DNA of 64,000 nt from an uncultured Ruminococcus sp. Lineage in GTDB: Bacteria; Bacillota; Clostridia; Oscillospirales; CAG-272. The stretch lies in assembly GCA_964558485.1 (NCBI GenBank), contig CAZLED010000003.1:4571-68570 (forward strand), given 5' to 3'. The translations under genes and the position numbers were made by a program. Within the stretch, counting starts at the first letter, position 1. Each line of letters starts with the position of its first letter. The notes beneath the pieces were generated by a model, which was given only the letters and a program-made list of their open reading frames with translations, did no database searches and was not told the origin of the DNA. This document shows positions 51,448-61,334 of this stretch, in pieces.

Positions 51448-51477
51448 ATTTTTCTCTCGATTTTTTTGAATTTGGTC

Positions 51478-51529
51478 TTGACAAAATTATACCAAAATGG
51501 TATAATAGATTTATCCCGAATTGGTATAA
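51478..51529 (+). promoter_or_regulatory. SigmaA promoter overlapped by two 19-bp palindromic operators
   Basis: TTGACA 51478-51483, TATAAT 51501-51506. TTATACCAaaaTGGTATAA at 51487-51505 and TTATcCCgaatTGGTATAA at 51511-51529. Confidence 0.7.
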
Positions 51530-51544
51530 GCGAGGGAAATATGC

Positions 51545-52348
51545 GTGAACTTTGGAGGAAATATGGTGAACAGGGAAGAACTAATGGAGAGACTGGATTT
51601 CTGCGAAACTGCAATTCGCAAAATGATGACTTTTGGCAATACCATAAGCCAATGTAATGCGGAAGTGGAGGAACAACAATATTTGATTACGCTCTGCAGT
51701 AATGAGAAAGTATGGAAAGAAATTGTCACAACGATTGTTAAAACAATAATTGCTGGCATTGTAGGGCTGATAGGCAGTGGATTCGTTGTTCAAATATTAG
51801 CATATATATTCCATATTCCGGGTTCGACACAAGATGGGATTATGCTGATTATTAGCGGTGTAGCGAGTTTGATCGCTTTGTTAAGAGGTATAGGCGATAT
51901 CAACGATGCAAAGGATGCACCGCAAAGGATTGCACGGCTTGAAGAGGAACTGGCTGAGAAAAAACAGAAATTGGATTCTGTAAAAAAAGAGTTGGCAGAG
52001 TATAGGGGTTCTGCGGAATGGAGCAAAGCGGTGAGTTATATTCCGAAAGACTATTTCTATCTTTCTGCCATCGAAAAGCTTTTGTCGTTTGTGAAAAATG
52101 GACGTGCCGATACCATGAAAGAAGCGTTGGACTTATACGAAGAGTATCTGCATCGGGAGAAAATGGAATATGAAGCTAAGAGAGCAGCGGATAATGCGGA
52201 AGTGACAGCTATCGCTACACAAGAAGCTACGGAATATTCTAAGATCATAGCAGAGAAAGCGCAGAGTATAGAATACTTAACGCAAATGAATGCATACAGA
52301 ACTACTGAAATACAGAACAATATTGATATAGATATTACAATAGAGTGA
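51545..52348 (+). CDS. Hypothetical two-TM coiled-coil protein (AT-rich)
   Basis: Two hydrophobic helices flanked by coiled coils, and GRADT.KEAL.LYEE. Confidence 0.65.
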   Translation: MNFGGNMVNREELMERLDFCETAIRKMMTFGNTISQCNAEVEEQQYLITLCSNEKVWKEIVTTIVKTIIAGIVGLIGSGFVVQILAYIFHIPGSTQDGIMLIISGVASLIALLRGIGDINDAKDAPQRIARLEEELAEKKQKLDSVKKELAEYRGSAEWSKAVSYIPKDYFYLSAIEKLLSFVKNGRADTMKEALDLYEEYLHREKMEYEAKRAADNAEVTAIATQEATEYSKIIAEKAQSIEYLTQMNAYRTTEIQNNIDIDITIE

Positions 52349-52379
52349 TTATACCCATCACAAAAGGAGGAACATTCTT

Positions 52380-53105
52380 ATGAAACCGACATCCATTTCC
52401 AAAACCGTCGCAGCTGCCCTTGTGCTGACCACCGTTGCTACAGTCAGTGCATATGCGGGAGCTAACCGTAAGGAGATCAAGGCATACCTGGACTACGATG
52501 TGAAGCTCCAGTACAACGTGGAAGAAAAGACCATGCTGGACGCAAACGGCTCCCGTGTGTATCCGATCTTCTACAACGGTGAGATCTATCTGCCCGTGAG
52601 CCAGTTTGAAAACCTCATGGATGTGCCTGCCAAATACGATACGGCAAAAAATACCGTTCGGCTGGGCATCACCGGCGATGCAGTGGACTTTATCGATACC
52701 TACAAGCCGGTGTATATTTCCAATGGTGGGACAGCCAATCAGCATGTGATGTCCAGCAAAGGAAAGACGTTGGAGATCGGCAGCCAGAAGTATACCCACT
52801 ATATCCAATTCTATCCGGGAAAGGCAAAGTATAACGAAACCTACCATACGTATCTCTCCTATGATATAGGCAAGAAATACACCACATTGCAATTTGACAT
52901 CCACTCCAAAGCCAACCGAGACGATTCTATCAGCGTTCTTGGTGATGATGATAAGCTGCTCTGCAAGATCGACATGAAGCAGGGAGATATTTTGCAAACA
53001 GTCAAGATCGACGTAACCGGCGTTTCCCAGATCAAGTTTGTTTCTACAGCTGATACGGTTTCCAACGCACACTATGTCTACATCGTAAATGGCATCCTAC
53101 AGTAA
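52380..53105 (+). CDS. Secreted protein with a stalk/CAO-N-like domain and an NPCBM-like domain
   Basis: Signal peptide, D.NG..VYPI.YNG..YLPV, and LQTVKIDVTGVSQIKF. Confidence 0.6.
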   Translation: MKPTSISKTVAAALVLTTVATVSAYAGANRKEIKAYLDYDVKLQYNVEEKTMLDANGSRVYPIFYNGEIYLPVSQFENLMDVPAKYDTAKNTVRLGITGDAVDFIDTYKPVYISNGGTANQHVMSSKGKTLEIGSQKYTHYIQFYPGKAKYNETYHTYLSYDIGKKYTTLQFDIHSKANRDDSISVLGDDDKLLCKIDMKQGDILQTVKIDVTGVSQIKFVSTADTVSNAHYVYIVNGILQ

Positions 53106-53157
53106 AAACAGGTCTGTATATCATGCAAGCTTTCACTTGGTGATATACAGACCTGTT
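53106..53157. terminator. Long inverted repeat / terminator
   Basis: AACAGGTCTGTATATCA ... TGATATACAGACCTGTT, 17-bp perfect arms. Confidence 0.65.
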
Positions 53158-53306
53158 CCTTGATATCCAGATCGTCCCAGGCCAGCATACTATGGTGTGT
53201 GCAGTGTGCTTTTTGAACGGAGAAACAAAAAATTTATAAAAACCACTTGTACCCAGCCGGGTTTTGTGCTATACTGAATATAGAAAAAGGAACCCCGGAA
53301 AGGAGA

Positions 53307-54484
53307 ATGCGGCGGCATATGGAAAGGACAGACTATGACCCGCTGTTGTGGGAACAGGACGACGGACAGCCATCGGTCTTTGCCCAACACCTGGAGCGGA
53401 CACCGGAGGATATCATCTGTGACGAATCGTTCAAGAACCTATTGTCTACACGCTACTTTCTGGCGTGGATCCTGAAGGGCTGCGTGTGGGAATTCAAAGC
53501 GGTCAGTGTGTCGGACATTGCGGAGATCTACATCGAAGGCGACCCACAGGTATCGAATACGCCTGTGCATCCCGGTCAAAAGGGGGAACGCATCCACGGA
53601 CTGGATACCGCAGACAAAAGCCGGGATGAACGCACCACGCTGTACGACATCCTGTTCTATGCCACACTGCCGGGCTCTACGGAAAAGATCTGTTTATCAA
53701 TATCGAGGCACAGAACCGCTACAATCCAGGGTATCCGCTGACCAAACGAGGGATATATTATTGCAGTCGACTTCTGTCTGCCCAGTTTGGACGAGATTTT
53801 GCCGATGGACAGTACGACAAGCTGAAAAAGGTGTATTCCATTTGGATCTGCACCAATGCACCGGACAGCCGAAAAAACACCGTCACGCTGTATGAGCTGG
53901 CTGAGCGGCAGCTGCTGGGGCAAGCGGAGGAGAAGCGGGAAAACTATGATCTGTTGTCGTTGGTGATGATCTGCTTCAACAACAAGCGACCGGAGGTTTT
54001 CGGCGAGACCACGATGACGGGAGACGATCCCACGGATATGCTGCGCCTGCTGCGTATGCTGTTGTCCGCTGATCTATCCCCATTGCAGAAGCATCAAATG
54101 ATCATGGACGATTATCATATTCCCATGACACAACAAATACGTGAGGAGGTATACCGTATGTGCAACGTAAGCCAAGGGATAAGAGAACAAGGGATTGAAC
54201 AAGGGATCCAGCAGGGGCTTAAGCAGGGCATCCAGCAAGGTATCAAGCAAGGCATCCAACAAGGTGTTGAAAAGGGGATTCAGCAAGGCATCAAGCAAGG
54301 TGTTGAACAAGGGCTCCAACAAGGCATGGAGCAGGGGAGAAATTTGGAAAAGGCAGAGATGGTGCTGACCATGCTGAAGAAGAAGTATCCGGTGCAAATG
54401 ATCCTGGACTGCACAGGGTATCCTATAGAGAAGATCCAAGCCATGGCGGAGGAGCATCATATTCCCGTTGTATACGAAGCATAG
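53307..54484 (+). pseudogene. Rpn / PD-(D/E)XK nuclease family protein, frameshifted near 53690
   Basis: D...K.LL, LYDILFYA, then in the other frame LFINIEAQ..Y..GYPL.KRGIYYCSRL and KKVYSIWIC. C-terminal G(I/L)xQ repeats. Confidence 0.85.
54158..54484 (+). CDS. Candidate intragenic RpnS antitoxin (108 aa)
   Basis: Internal RBS GAGGAGGT 7 nt before ATG (MCNVSQG...), covering the 12-bp tandem repeats. Confidence 0.6.
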   Translation: MCNVSQGIREQGIEQGIQQGLKQGIQQGIKQGIQQGVEKGIQQGIKQGVEQGLQQGMEQGRNLEKAEMVLTMLKKKYPVQMILDCTGYPIEKIQAMAEEHHIPVVYEA

Positions 54485-54558
54485 CACAAAAGCAGCCTAC
54501 CCCCGATGTGGTATCGAGGATAGACTGCTTTTTTCGTTACATGGTGATTCGGTTGCTG

Positions 54559-57501
54559 TTATTCTACCGTGCGGATCTCCAGGAACATATCCCGGTTGGC
54601 TTCGATCTTTTCGGCACTGCCTACCGCACACAGGTATTCCTGGGGCAGGATGCTGTCGATCACGTCGCCGACCTTGCGGAAATCTTCGGCCGTGATGTCC
54701 AGCGTGGCCTTCCGGTGTGCCAGAATGTTTTCATAGGTGCGACCGGTCATGTAGCACTGGAAGGAACGGTCGATCTTTCCGGCAGGAGAATAGGGGCGCT
54801 CCGTGGACGAGAAGGTGCCGATCACGTACCGGTTCAGCTCCTCTTCCGGCAGGTCGGTGGTGTGCAGATACGTGCCGGTCTCCTTGTATACCCCATCGGT
54901 CTCAGCCAGACGAGGGTCACGGTAGGAGTAGAAGTACACGGACGCATCGTCAAAGCCACAGCCGCAGCCATAGGCACCGCCGGATACCCGGATCTTCTGG
55001 TACAGATACTCGTAACTTGCAGCCGTACGAGCCACCAGCATGGTACCACTGTACTTCTGTCCGGCTGCAGCCAGGTCGCCGCAACGTGCCAGATAGGTCA
55101 CCTGGGAAGAAATGGCAAGACCTTCGTTCTTCTTCACGGGTACCAGCGCTTCGCCGTCCCCAACGGAGGTGTGCTCCAGACCGGCAAAGGAGGCGCAGAA
55201 GGTGGGCAGACCGGCTTCCATAGCGGCATAGCCTGCTTCGTCTGCACCGATGCTCACCAGCAGCTTGGCCGGGTCGAACAGATACTTCGCCAGCTTGGTG
55301 AGCTTTTCAGCAGCGTCTGCACCCTTTTCGTCAAAGTTCTTCAGCAGATCCTGCAGGAACCAATAGTAGTCCATACCGCCGGTCATTTCGCTGAACAGGG
55401 CAGAGGGCAGGTAGTAGGACTGGGCACGGGCGATCGATACGCTGTGACCGTTGTTCTGGATCTGCCGCTGCTTGCCGGAAATGGTCTCGGCGATGATCTC
55501 ACGCAGCCGCTTCAGGTCGCCAAAGTGGGTGGTACGCAGGATCTCCGATGCGGTATCCAAAGCGTACCCCACCTTGTCTGCCAGCACCCGGAAATATACG
55601 GTGAACAGTGCATTATATTCCTTGCTTTCCCACTTGCGGTATACCGGCAGACCAAAGCTCAGGGAACCGGTGTACATCTTCATTTCTACCACAAGATCAC
55701 CGAAGGCATGGCCGTCCGTGTCCATCTTGCCCAGCGCTTCGGTCAGAAGACCCAGGTAGGGCAGATATTCCTTCGGCAGAGACGGTACCGGGAAGCACAG
55801 TCTGCCATAGGTGATGCCGCTGGTATCCACTTCATGGACCACAGCCGGTACGCCGCCGACCGTCCGCTCCGTGTTGTACAACGGCAGCGTTTCGTAGGGA
55901 ATGTCGTGTCTGTCCAGCACGGGGATGCAGTGCAGCTCTTCGTAGGTGGGTTCGTGGCTCTGGTATTCCCGGAGCGCATTGGTTTCAGCGATGATGGCAT
56001 CCACCTGTTCCGGTGTCAGAGAAGCCTTGTAAGCTGCCAGCTTTTCGGCAAGAGCAGCGGTGGTCTCCTCGTTCATGCCCGGCTTGGGGGACAGATGCAG
56101 CCACAGACCATGGGTGCTGTCCAGCAGATAGGTCTTGATCAGGTTTTCGAAGTAGCCGGTGCCCACCTTTTCCCGCAGTGCCACATAGACGTCCAGCACA
56201 TGGAGATTGTCGAAGATCTTGTCTTCGTCGTAGAGCCAGCTCTGCAGCATACTGATGGCGTAGTGCAGACCCTTGGGGCTTCCACCGTAGTCGGCTTCCC
56301 GGAACCGGAATTCGCTGCGGTTCAGAGCGGCCAGCAGTGCCTTTTCGGAGATGCCGTCCTGTACCAGCTTGGTCAGGCTGTCCCGGATCACCTGCTGGAA
56401 CTTGGGATAATCCTCTGCCTTGCAGTCCTTGGCAGCGATGATGAACATCCCCTCGATCATGTGGGTCTCGATACCGCCGTACACGTCAGAGCCAATGCCG
56501 GCGTCCAGCAGGGCCTGCTTGATGGGAGCACCGGGTGCATCCAGCAGCACTTCGCCCAAAAAGTCCCATGCGGTGTTGGCCATTACGTCGCCACTGCCAC
56601 CACAAGCGGCTGCATAGGCAAAGTAGGACTTGCCTGCCGGATCCTCATCCTTGCCGATGGGATAGCATTCGGTGATCTCCTTCACGCAGCCAAAGGGCTT
56701 CTGGGGTTCGATCTCGGTCTTGGGATCGATGGCAGTGAAGGCAGAAAGATAGTGTTCGTCCATCCATGCCAGCCGTTCTTCGATGTCCATATTGCCGCAC
56801 AGGAAGATGTAGCTGTTGGAAGGATGGTAGTAGCGTCTGTGGAAGTTCAGGTAATCCTCGTAGGTCAGAGAGGGGATCACAGCCGGGTCGCCGCCGGAGT
56901 TCACGCCATAGGTGGTTTCCGGGAACATCTGCTGCTGCAGGGTCTCAAACAGCACGGAGTCGGGAGAGGACATAGCACCCTTCATTTCGCTGTACACAAC
57001 GCCGTTGATCTTCAGCTCGTCGTCGGCGTTTTCCAGCTCGTAGTGCCAGCCTTCCTGCTGGAAGATCTGCTTGTACTTGTAGATGTTGGGATAGAACACG
57101 GCATCCATGTACACGTGCATCAGGTTTTCGAAGTCTGTGTCGTTGCAGGAAGCCACGGGATACAGGGTCTTGTCCGGGTAGGTCATGGCGTTCAGGAAGG
57201 TGTTCAGGGAACCCTTCACCAGCTGCATAAAGGGGTCACGGGCCGGGTAATTCTTAGAGCCGCACAGGACGGTGTGTTCGATGATGTGGGGCACACCGGT
57301 GGAGTCGGTAGGTGTGGTACGGAAAGCGGCGCAGAAGGTCTTGTTTTCGTCGTCGCTGGACAGCACACAGATCCGGGCGCCGGATTTGTCATGCCGGAAG
57401 ATCAGGCCCAGGGAGCGTACGTCACTGAGGTATTCTTCTTTGAGCAGCGTATACCCGGGCGTTGCACCCAGTTCAGCTGCCGTGGTAATGGATTTAGACA
57501 T
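54559..57501 (-). CDS. Insulinase family (M16C, presequence protease-like) peptidase
   Basis: DSTGVPHIIEHTVLCGS (HxxEH), TFLNAMTYPD.T.YP and GGAYG. Confidence 0.92.
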   Translation of the reverse strand: MSKSITTAAELGATPGYTLLKEEYLSDVRSLGLIFRHDKSGARICVLSSDDENKTFCAAFRTTPTDSTGVPHIIEHTVLCGSKNYPARDPFMQLVKGSLNTFLNAMTYPDKTLYPVASCNDTDFENLMHVYMDAVFYPNIYKYKQIFQQEGWHYELENADDELKINGVVYSEMKGAMSSPDSVLFETLQQQMFPETTYGVNSGGDPAVIPSLTYEDYLNFHRRYYHPSNSYIFLCGNMDIEERLAWMDEHYLSAFTAIDPKTEIEPQKPFGCVKEITECYPIGKDEDPAGKSYFAYAAACGGSGDVMANTAWDFLGEVLLDAPGAPIKQALLDAGIGSDVYGGIETHMIEGMFIIAAKDCKAEDYPKFQQVIRDSLTKLVQDGISEKALLAALNRSEFRFREADYGGSPKGLHYAISMLQSWLYDEDKIFDNLHVLDVYVALREKVGTGYFENLIKTYLLDSTHGLWLHLSPKPGMNEETTAALAEKLAAYKASLTPEQVDAIIAETNALREYQSHEPTYEELHCIPVLDRHDIPYETLPLYNTERTVGGVPAVVHEVDTSGITYGRLCFPVPSLPKEYLPYLGLLTEALGKMDTDGHAFGDLVVEMKMYTGSLSFGLPVYRKWESKEYNALFTVYFRVLADKVGYALDTASEILRTTHFGDLKRLREIIAETISGKQRQIQNNGHSVSIARAQSYYLPSALFSEMTGGMDYYWFLQDLLKNFDEKGADAAEKLTKLAKYLFDPAKLLVSIGADEAGYAAMEAGLPTFCASFAGLEHTSVGDGEALVPVKKNEGLAISSQVTYLARCGDLAAAGQKYSGTMLVARTAASYEYLYQKIRVSGGAYGCGCGFDDASVYFYSYRDPRLAETDGVYKETGTYLHTTDLPEEELNRYVIGTFSSTERPYSPAGKIDRSFQCYMTGRTYENILAHRKATLDITAEDFRKVGDVIDSILPQEYLCAVGSAEKIEANRDMFLEIRTVE

Positions 57502-57584
57502 ATCATTTTTCCTTTCGGTCTGTATTTTTTTATGATCTCTAACTTGCACATATGGGGGTAAGGGTGTCCAACATTCGCTTCCAG

Positions 57585-58075
57585 CGAAGTTGCTCCCTTT
57601 TACCGGACCCGCATTGGTTTCAACTGGCGTTGGGCGTATACCTATGGAGCGACTCCATTTGCCACGTTTTGGGTTTGTATTGGCGTACGGCGTGTTTCAA
57701 TGCTGAATGCCAAATTATTTGACGTGCAATGTTGTGCGTTGGCACAAATAACACACATCGAAAATAATATCGATAATGGGATATCTAATTTGACGGATAC
57801 CTATAACGTACGGCATATCACATTCGACGGCGGGATGACCTACCCTTGGTATTCACATCGCTCTTAGCTTACGACATCCCGCCGTCGAACAAATTGGTAT
57901 TCTCTATGGGTATCCACCAAACCGAATATCCCGCCGCCAAGCGTGTTTCGATGCACGGTATGGGTATTAAATACCCAGCATTCCACCGGAAGTGTGTAGT
58001 CCCAAGCCCAAACGCAGTTTGAAACCAATGGGGTTCCGCAGAAAGGGGATCGATCCCCTTGCCCCTCTTACCCCT
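57585..58075. repeat. Dispersed REP/MITE-like element, copy C
   Basis: 48-nt core inverted at 57839-57886, TTTTCAACTGGCGTTGGG at 57618-57635, GGGTTCCGCAGAAAGGG at 58031-58047. Confidence 0.82.
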
Positions 58076-58191
58076 TCATTATACCACATTTTTGCGCCAT
58101 ATGCAAGAGGGATATCGTGCATATTCACAACTGCCTCTTGACATTGTGGTGCCGGTGTGCTATACTTTGGGTGAAATTCTGTAAATGAAGG

Positions 58192-59349
58192 TTGGTGAAG
58201 TTTATGCAGCTCTCTACATTAGATAAACGCCTGGACGCTATGGCGGAAGAAGATATCCGGGATGGCCTTGTGGCTTGTGCCGGTATGCAGGTCGTGGTGG
58301 ATGGCAAAACGATATACAAGGCAAACCATGGCTATGCCGATGCCGACAGCTCGGTACCGCTGGCCGACACGCACCTGTTCCGTATGGCATCGATGACCAA
58401 GCCTGTGACTGCCGTGTGCGTCATGCAGCTGGTCGAAGGTGGCAAGCTGTCCCTGGACGACCCGGTGGAACGATACCTGCCCCTGTTCCAGTACCGGCAG
58501 GTGGCAGAGGTGTCCGGCGAGGGCAAGCTGACCGGTACCCATCCGGCACCCAGACCCTTCACGATCCGGGACCTGCTGACCCATTCGTCCGGCCTTGGTT
58601 CCGGTGCGTACTTCGGACAGTTCTGCAAAAATCCGGGCTTTGCAGATGGGGACACGCTGGCAAGCAAGATCGGCGACTGGGCAGACTCCCTTCTGGAATT
58701 CGATCCCGGCACCCGGTTCTCCTACAGTGGTCTGGTTGGCTTTGATGTGCTGGCCCATCTGGTGGAGCTGGCAGCGGATATGTCCTACGAGGATTATGCC
58801 AAGGCCAATTTGTTTAGCCCACTGGGCATGACCGACACCTGCTTCACACCCACAGCCGACCAGTGGACCAGACTGGTGCAAATGCACGAGACCGTGGAAA
58901 AAGGCGTGATCCGACCGGTGGATATGCAGGGACAGATCTTTGGCGGTTGTCCCACCACGTACCACTCCGGCGGCGCAGGACTGGTGTCCTCTTTGACCGA
59001 CTACACACGCTTTGCCCGGATGCTCCTGGGCGAAGGCACACTGGACGGCGTACAGATCCTGCAGCCGGATACCGTGGGATCGATGCATATCCGGCAGCTT
59101 CCACCGCTTGTGCCCGGCACAGACGCCACCTATTCCTGGGGACTGGCCATGCGTTTGGCTCTGTGCGACAACGGCTCCCAAGCACCGCTGCCCAAGGGTG
59201 CCTATGGTTGGTCTGGCGCCTATGGGACCCACTTCTGGTGCGATCCGGCCGGAGGGCTCTGTGCGGTGTATGTGTCCAACATGACTACAGCCGGCGGCTC
59301 CGGTGCCTTGACAGCACGGCATTTTGAGAACGTCGTATATGGGGAATGA
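58192..59349 (+). CDS. Serine hydrolase (beta-lactamase-related)
   Basis: FRMASMTKP (SxxK), LLTHSSG, FSYS and YGWSGA.GT. Confidence 0.9.
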   Translation: MVKFMQLSTLDKRLDAMAEEDIRDGLVACAGMQVVVDGKTIYKANHGYADADSSVPLADTHLFRMASMTKPVTAVCVMQLVEGGKLSLDDPVERYLPLFQYRQVAEVSGEGKLTGTHPAPRPFTIRDLLTHSSGLGSGAYFGQFCKNPGFADGDTLASKIGDWADSLLEFDPGTRFSYSGLVGFDVLAHLVELAADMSYEDYAKANLFSPLGMTDTCFTPTADQWTRLVQMHETVEKGVIRPVDMQGQIFGGCPTTYHSGGAGLVSSLTDYTRFARMLLGEGTLDGVQILQPDTVGSMHIRQLPPLVPGTDATYSWGLAMRLALCDNGSQAPLPKGAYGWSGAYGTHFWCDPAGGLCAVYVSNMTTAGGSGALTARHFENVVYGE

Positions 59350-59566
59350 CAGTTTCTAAATTTCCTTTTTTTGTAAAAAAGTTTTCACAACTTCTTGACA
59401 ATTCTGAAAAAGCATGATATACTATAGACAAAGCTGAAAAAGGACGCATTTGTGGCAAAAACACCAGAAATCGCCGCTTCCACACCACAAGGAACCTGTG
59501 TACGGTGGTGCGAACGATGGACGGTGCAGCGCCCGGTGCGAAACGTGACAAAAGGGGAAAGCGTAT

Positions 59567-60016
59567 ATGAAATGTCCTTCCTGTGGATTTCGGGAGAGCA
59601 AGGTCATCGACTCTCGTCCGGTGGAGGAAAACAACAGCATCCGCCGACGGAGAGAATGCCTGAACTGCCATGCCCGGTTTACGACCTATGAAGTGGTCGA
59701 TGTGTATCAGCCGGTGGTGCTGAAGAAGGATGGCACCAAGGAGCTGTTCGACAAAAATAAGCTGCTGACGGGACTGCTGAAGGCTTGTCAGAAGCGGCCG
59801 GTCAATGCCGAAGCGGTGGCAGACGAGATCGAATCCTCGCTGTACAATACCATGCGCCGGGAAGTGACATCCCAGCGGATCGGCGAATTGGCGATGGAAA
59901 AGCTCAAGGTACTGGATGCGGTGGCGTATGTGCGCTTTGCTTCGGTACACCGGGAATTCAAGGACATCGATACCTTTATGAAGGAGATCACCGATCTACA
60001 AAACAGTGAAAAATAA
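59567..60016 (+). CDS. nrdR: Transcriptional repressor NrdR
   Basis: MKCP.C....KVIDSR, IRRRREC..C..RFTTYE, ATP cone and VAYVRFASV. Confidence 0.97.
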   Translation: MKCPSCGFRESKVIDSRPVEENNSIRRRRECLNCHARFTTYEVVDVYQPVVLKKDGTKELFDKNKLLTGLLKACQKRPVNAEAVADEIESSLYNTMRREVTSQRIGELAMEKLKVLDAVAYVRFASVHREFKDIDTFMKEITDLQNSEK

Positions 60017-61322
60017 TCGATTGCAAAAAATAAAAAATGACGGTGATAGGTACCCCCAATGCTGGATCCATGGTGTTGGGGGTACACAGCACTGTCACCG
60101 ATTGGTGAAGGGACTGTCGCTATGGTGCGCTGTGTTGGTGTTGTCCTGCAGTCTTGCCGGCTGTGGTGTATATCGCCGGACGGATCTGTCCGATACCATG
60201 GAGACCGTTGGGGTCAGCCAGCCGGATCTGCCAGCCGCAGCCGATACGCCGGTGGAGAACGTGGAGAGCCCCATCACCGATCCGTATCTGGGTGTGGAGA
60301 TCACCTTTGTGGCGGCCGGGGACAATCTGATCCATCCGAATATCTACCAGGACGCCCGGTCCCGTGGCACAGCGGAAAAGGAATACGACTTTCTGCCCAT
60401 GTACACCGATGTGGCAGACCTGATCGCCGGTGCCGATTTTGCCTTTATCAACCAGGAGACCCTGATGGCTGGGGAGGCCTATGGCTACTCCGGCTATCCG
60501 ACCTTCAATTCCCCGCAACAGCTGGGGTACGATCTGGTGGAAGTGGGCTTTGACATTGTGGGACTTGCCAACAACCATATGCTGGATCGTGGCTCCGGCG
60601 GTCTATACGACAACGTGCAGTTCTGGAACGGTCTGCCGGTGACCACCATTGGCGCCTCCGTTGGGGAAGCACAGCCGGCATTTCTGGAAAAGGACGGCGT
60701 GACCATTGGGATGCTGTCGTACACCTACGGCACCAACGGCATCGTACAAAAAGCGGACGCAGTGGTCAAGGTGCCCTACATCGACAAAGACCGGATCCAG
60801 ACAGACCTGGCAGCACTGGCCGAAAGCGCACCGGACATCACCATTGTGTCCATGCATTGGGGCATCGAAAACGTGACCACGCCGTCGGAGGAACAAAGGG
60901 AGCTGGCACAAATGCTGGCCGACTGTGGCGTGGACGTGATCCTGGGGCACCATCCGCACTGCCTGCAGCCCATCGAGTGGCTGACTGGCAAGGATGGCAA
61001 CCGGACGCTGTGCATCTATTCGTTGGGGAATCTGCTCTCCGGCATGGCAAGACCCATCAACCAGGTGGGTGGCTTCCTGTGCTTTTCCATCGTGTCGGAT
61101 GGGGCAGGGGGTCTGATGATCGACAACGTGTCCTTCCGGCCGACGGTGTTCTACTACGGTCCCAGCTGGTACAACACGCATTTGTACTGGTTGGAGGACT
61201 ACACAGAAGACATCGCCGCAACCCATGGCGTGGGACTGAGCGGTTACACCCTGACCACCGCCGAAGCAAAAGCCATCGTGGAAAACGTGATCGACGGGAA
61301 ATTTTTGGTACCAAAAGAATAA
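60006..61322 (+). CDS. CapA family metallophosphoesterase lipoprotein (true start probably downstream of 60006)
   Basis: Lipobox LAGC, GDNLIH, NQE, ANNH.LD.G, HWG.E, HHPH and YSLGN. Confidence 0.88.
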   Translation: MKNNRLQKIKNDGDRYPQCWIHGVGGTQHCHRLVKGLSLWCAVLVLSCSLAGCGVYRRTDLSDTMETVGVSQPDLPAAADTPVENVESPITDPYLGVEITFVAAGDNLIHPNIYQDARSRGTAEKEYDFLPMYTDVADLIAGADFAFINQETLMAGEAYGYSGYPTFNSPQQLGYDLVEVGFDIVGLANNHMLDRGSGGLYDNVQFWNGLPVTTIGASVGEAQPAFLEKDGVTIGMLSYTYGTNGIVQKADAVVKVPYIDKDRIQTDLAALAESAPDITIVSMHWGIENVTTPSEEQRELAQMLADCGVDVILGHHPHCLQPIEWLTGKDGNRTLCIYSLGNLLSGMARPINQVGGFLCFSIVSDGAGGLMIDNVSFRPTVFYYGPSWYNTHLYWLEDYTEDIAATHGVGLSGYTLTTAEAKAIVENVIDGKFLVPKE

Positions 61323-61334
61323 AAAAGGGAGTTC

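Noticed and set aside
54170-54340. 12-bp tandem repeats as a CRISPR or VNTR system
   Set aside because: They are the coding GxxQ repeats typical of Rpn C-termini.
54508-57561. 1017-aa plus-strand ORF, and similar long antisense ORFs at 2651, 30012, 31521, 33237 and 46191
   Set aside because: Antisense shadows of well-supported genes in GC-rich DNA, with no recognisable motifs.
58192-59349. Beta-lactamase resistance gene
   Set aside because: SxxK serine-hydrolase family motifs only. Most members are esterases or peptidases.
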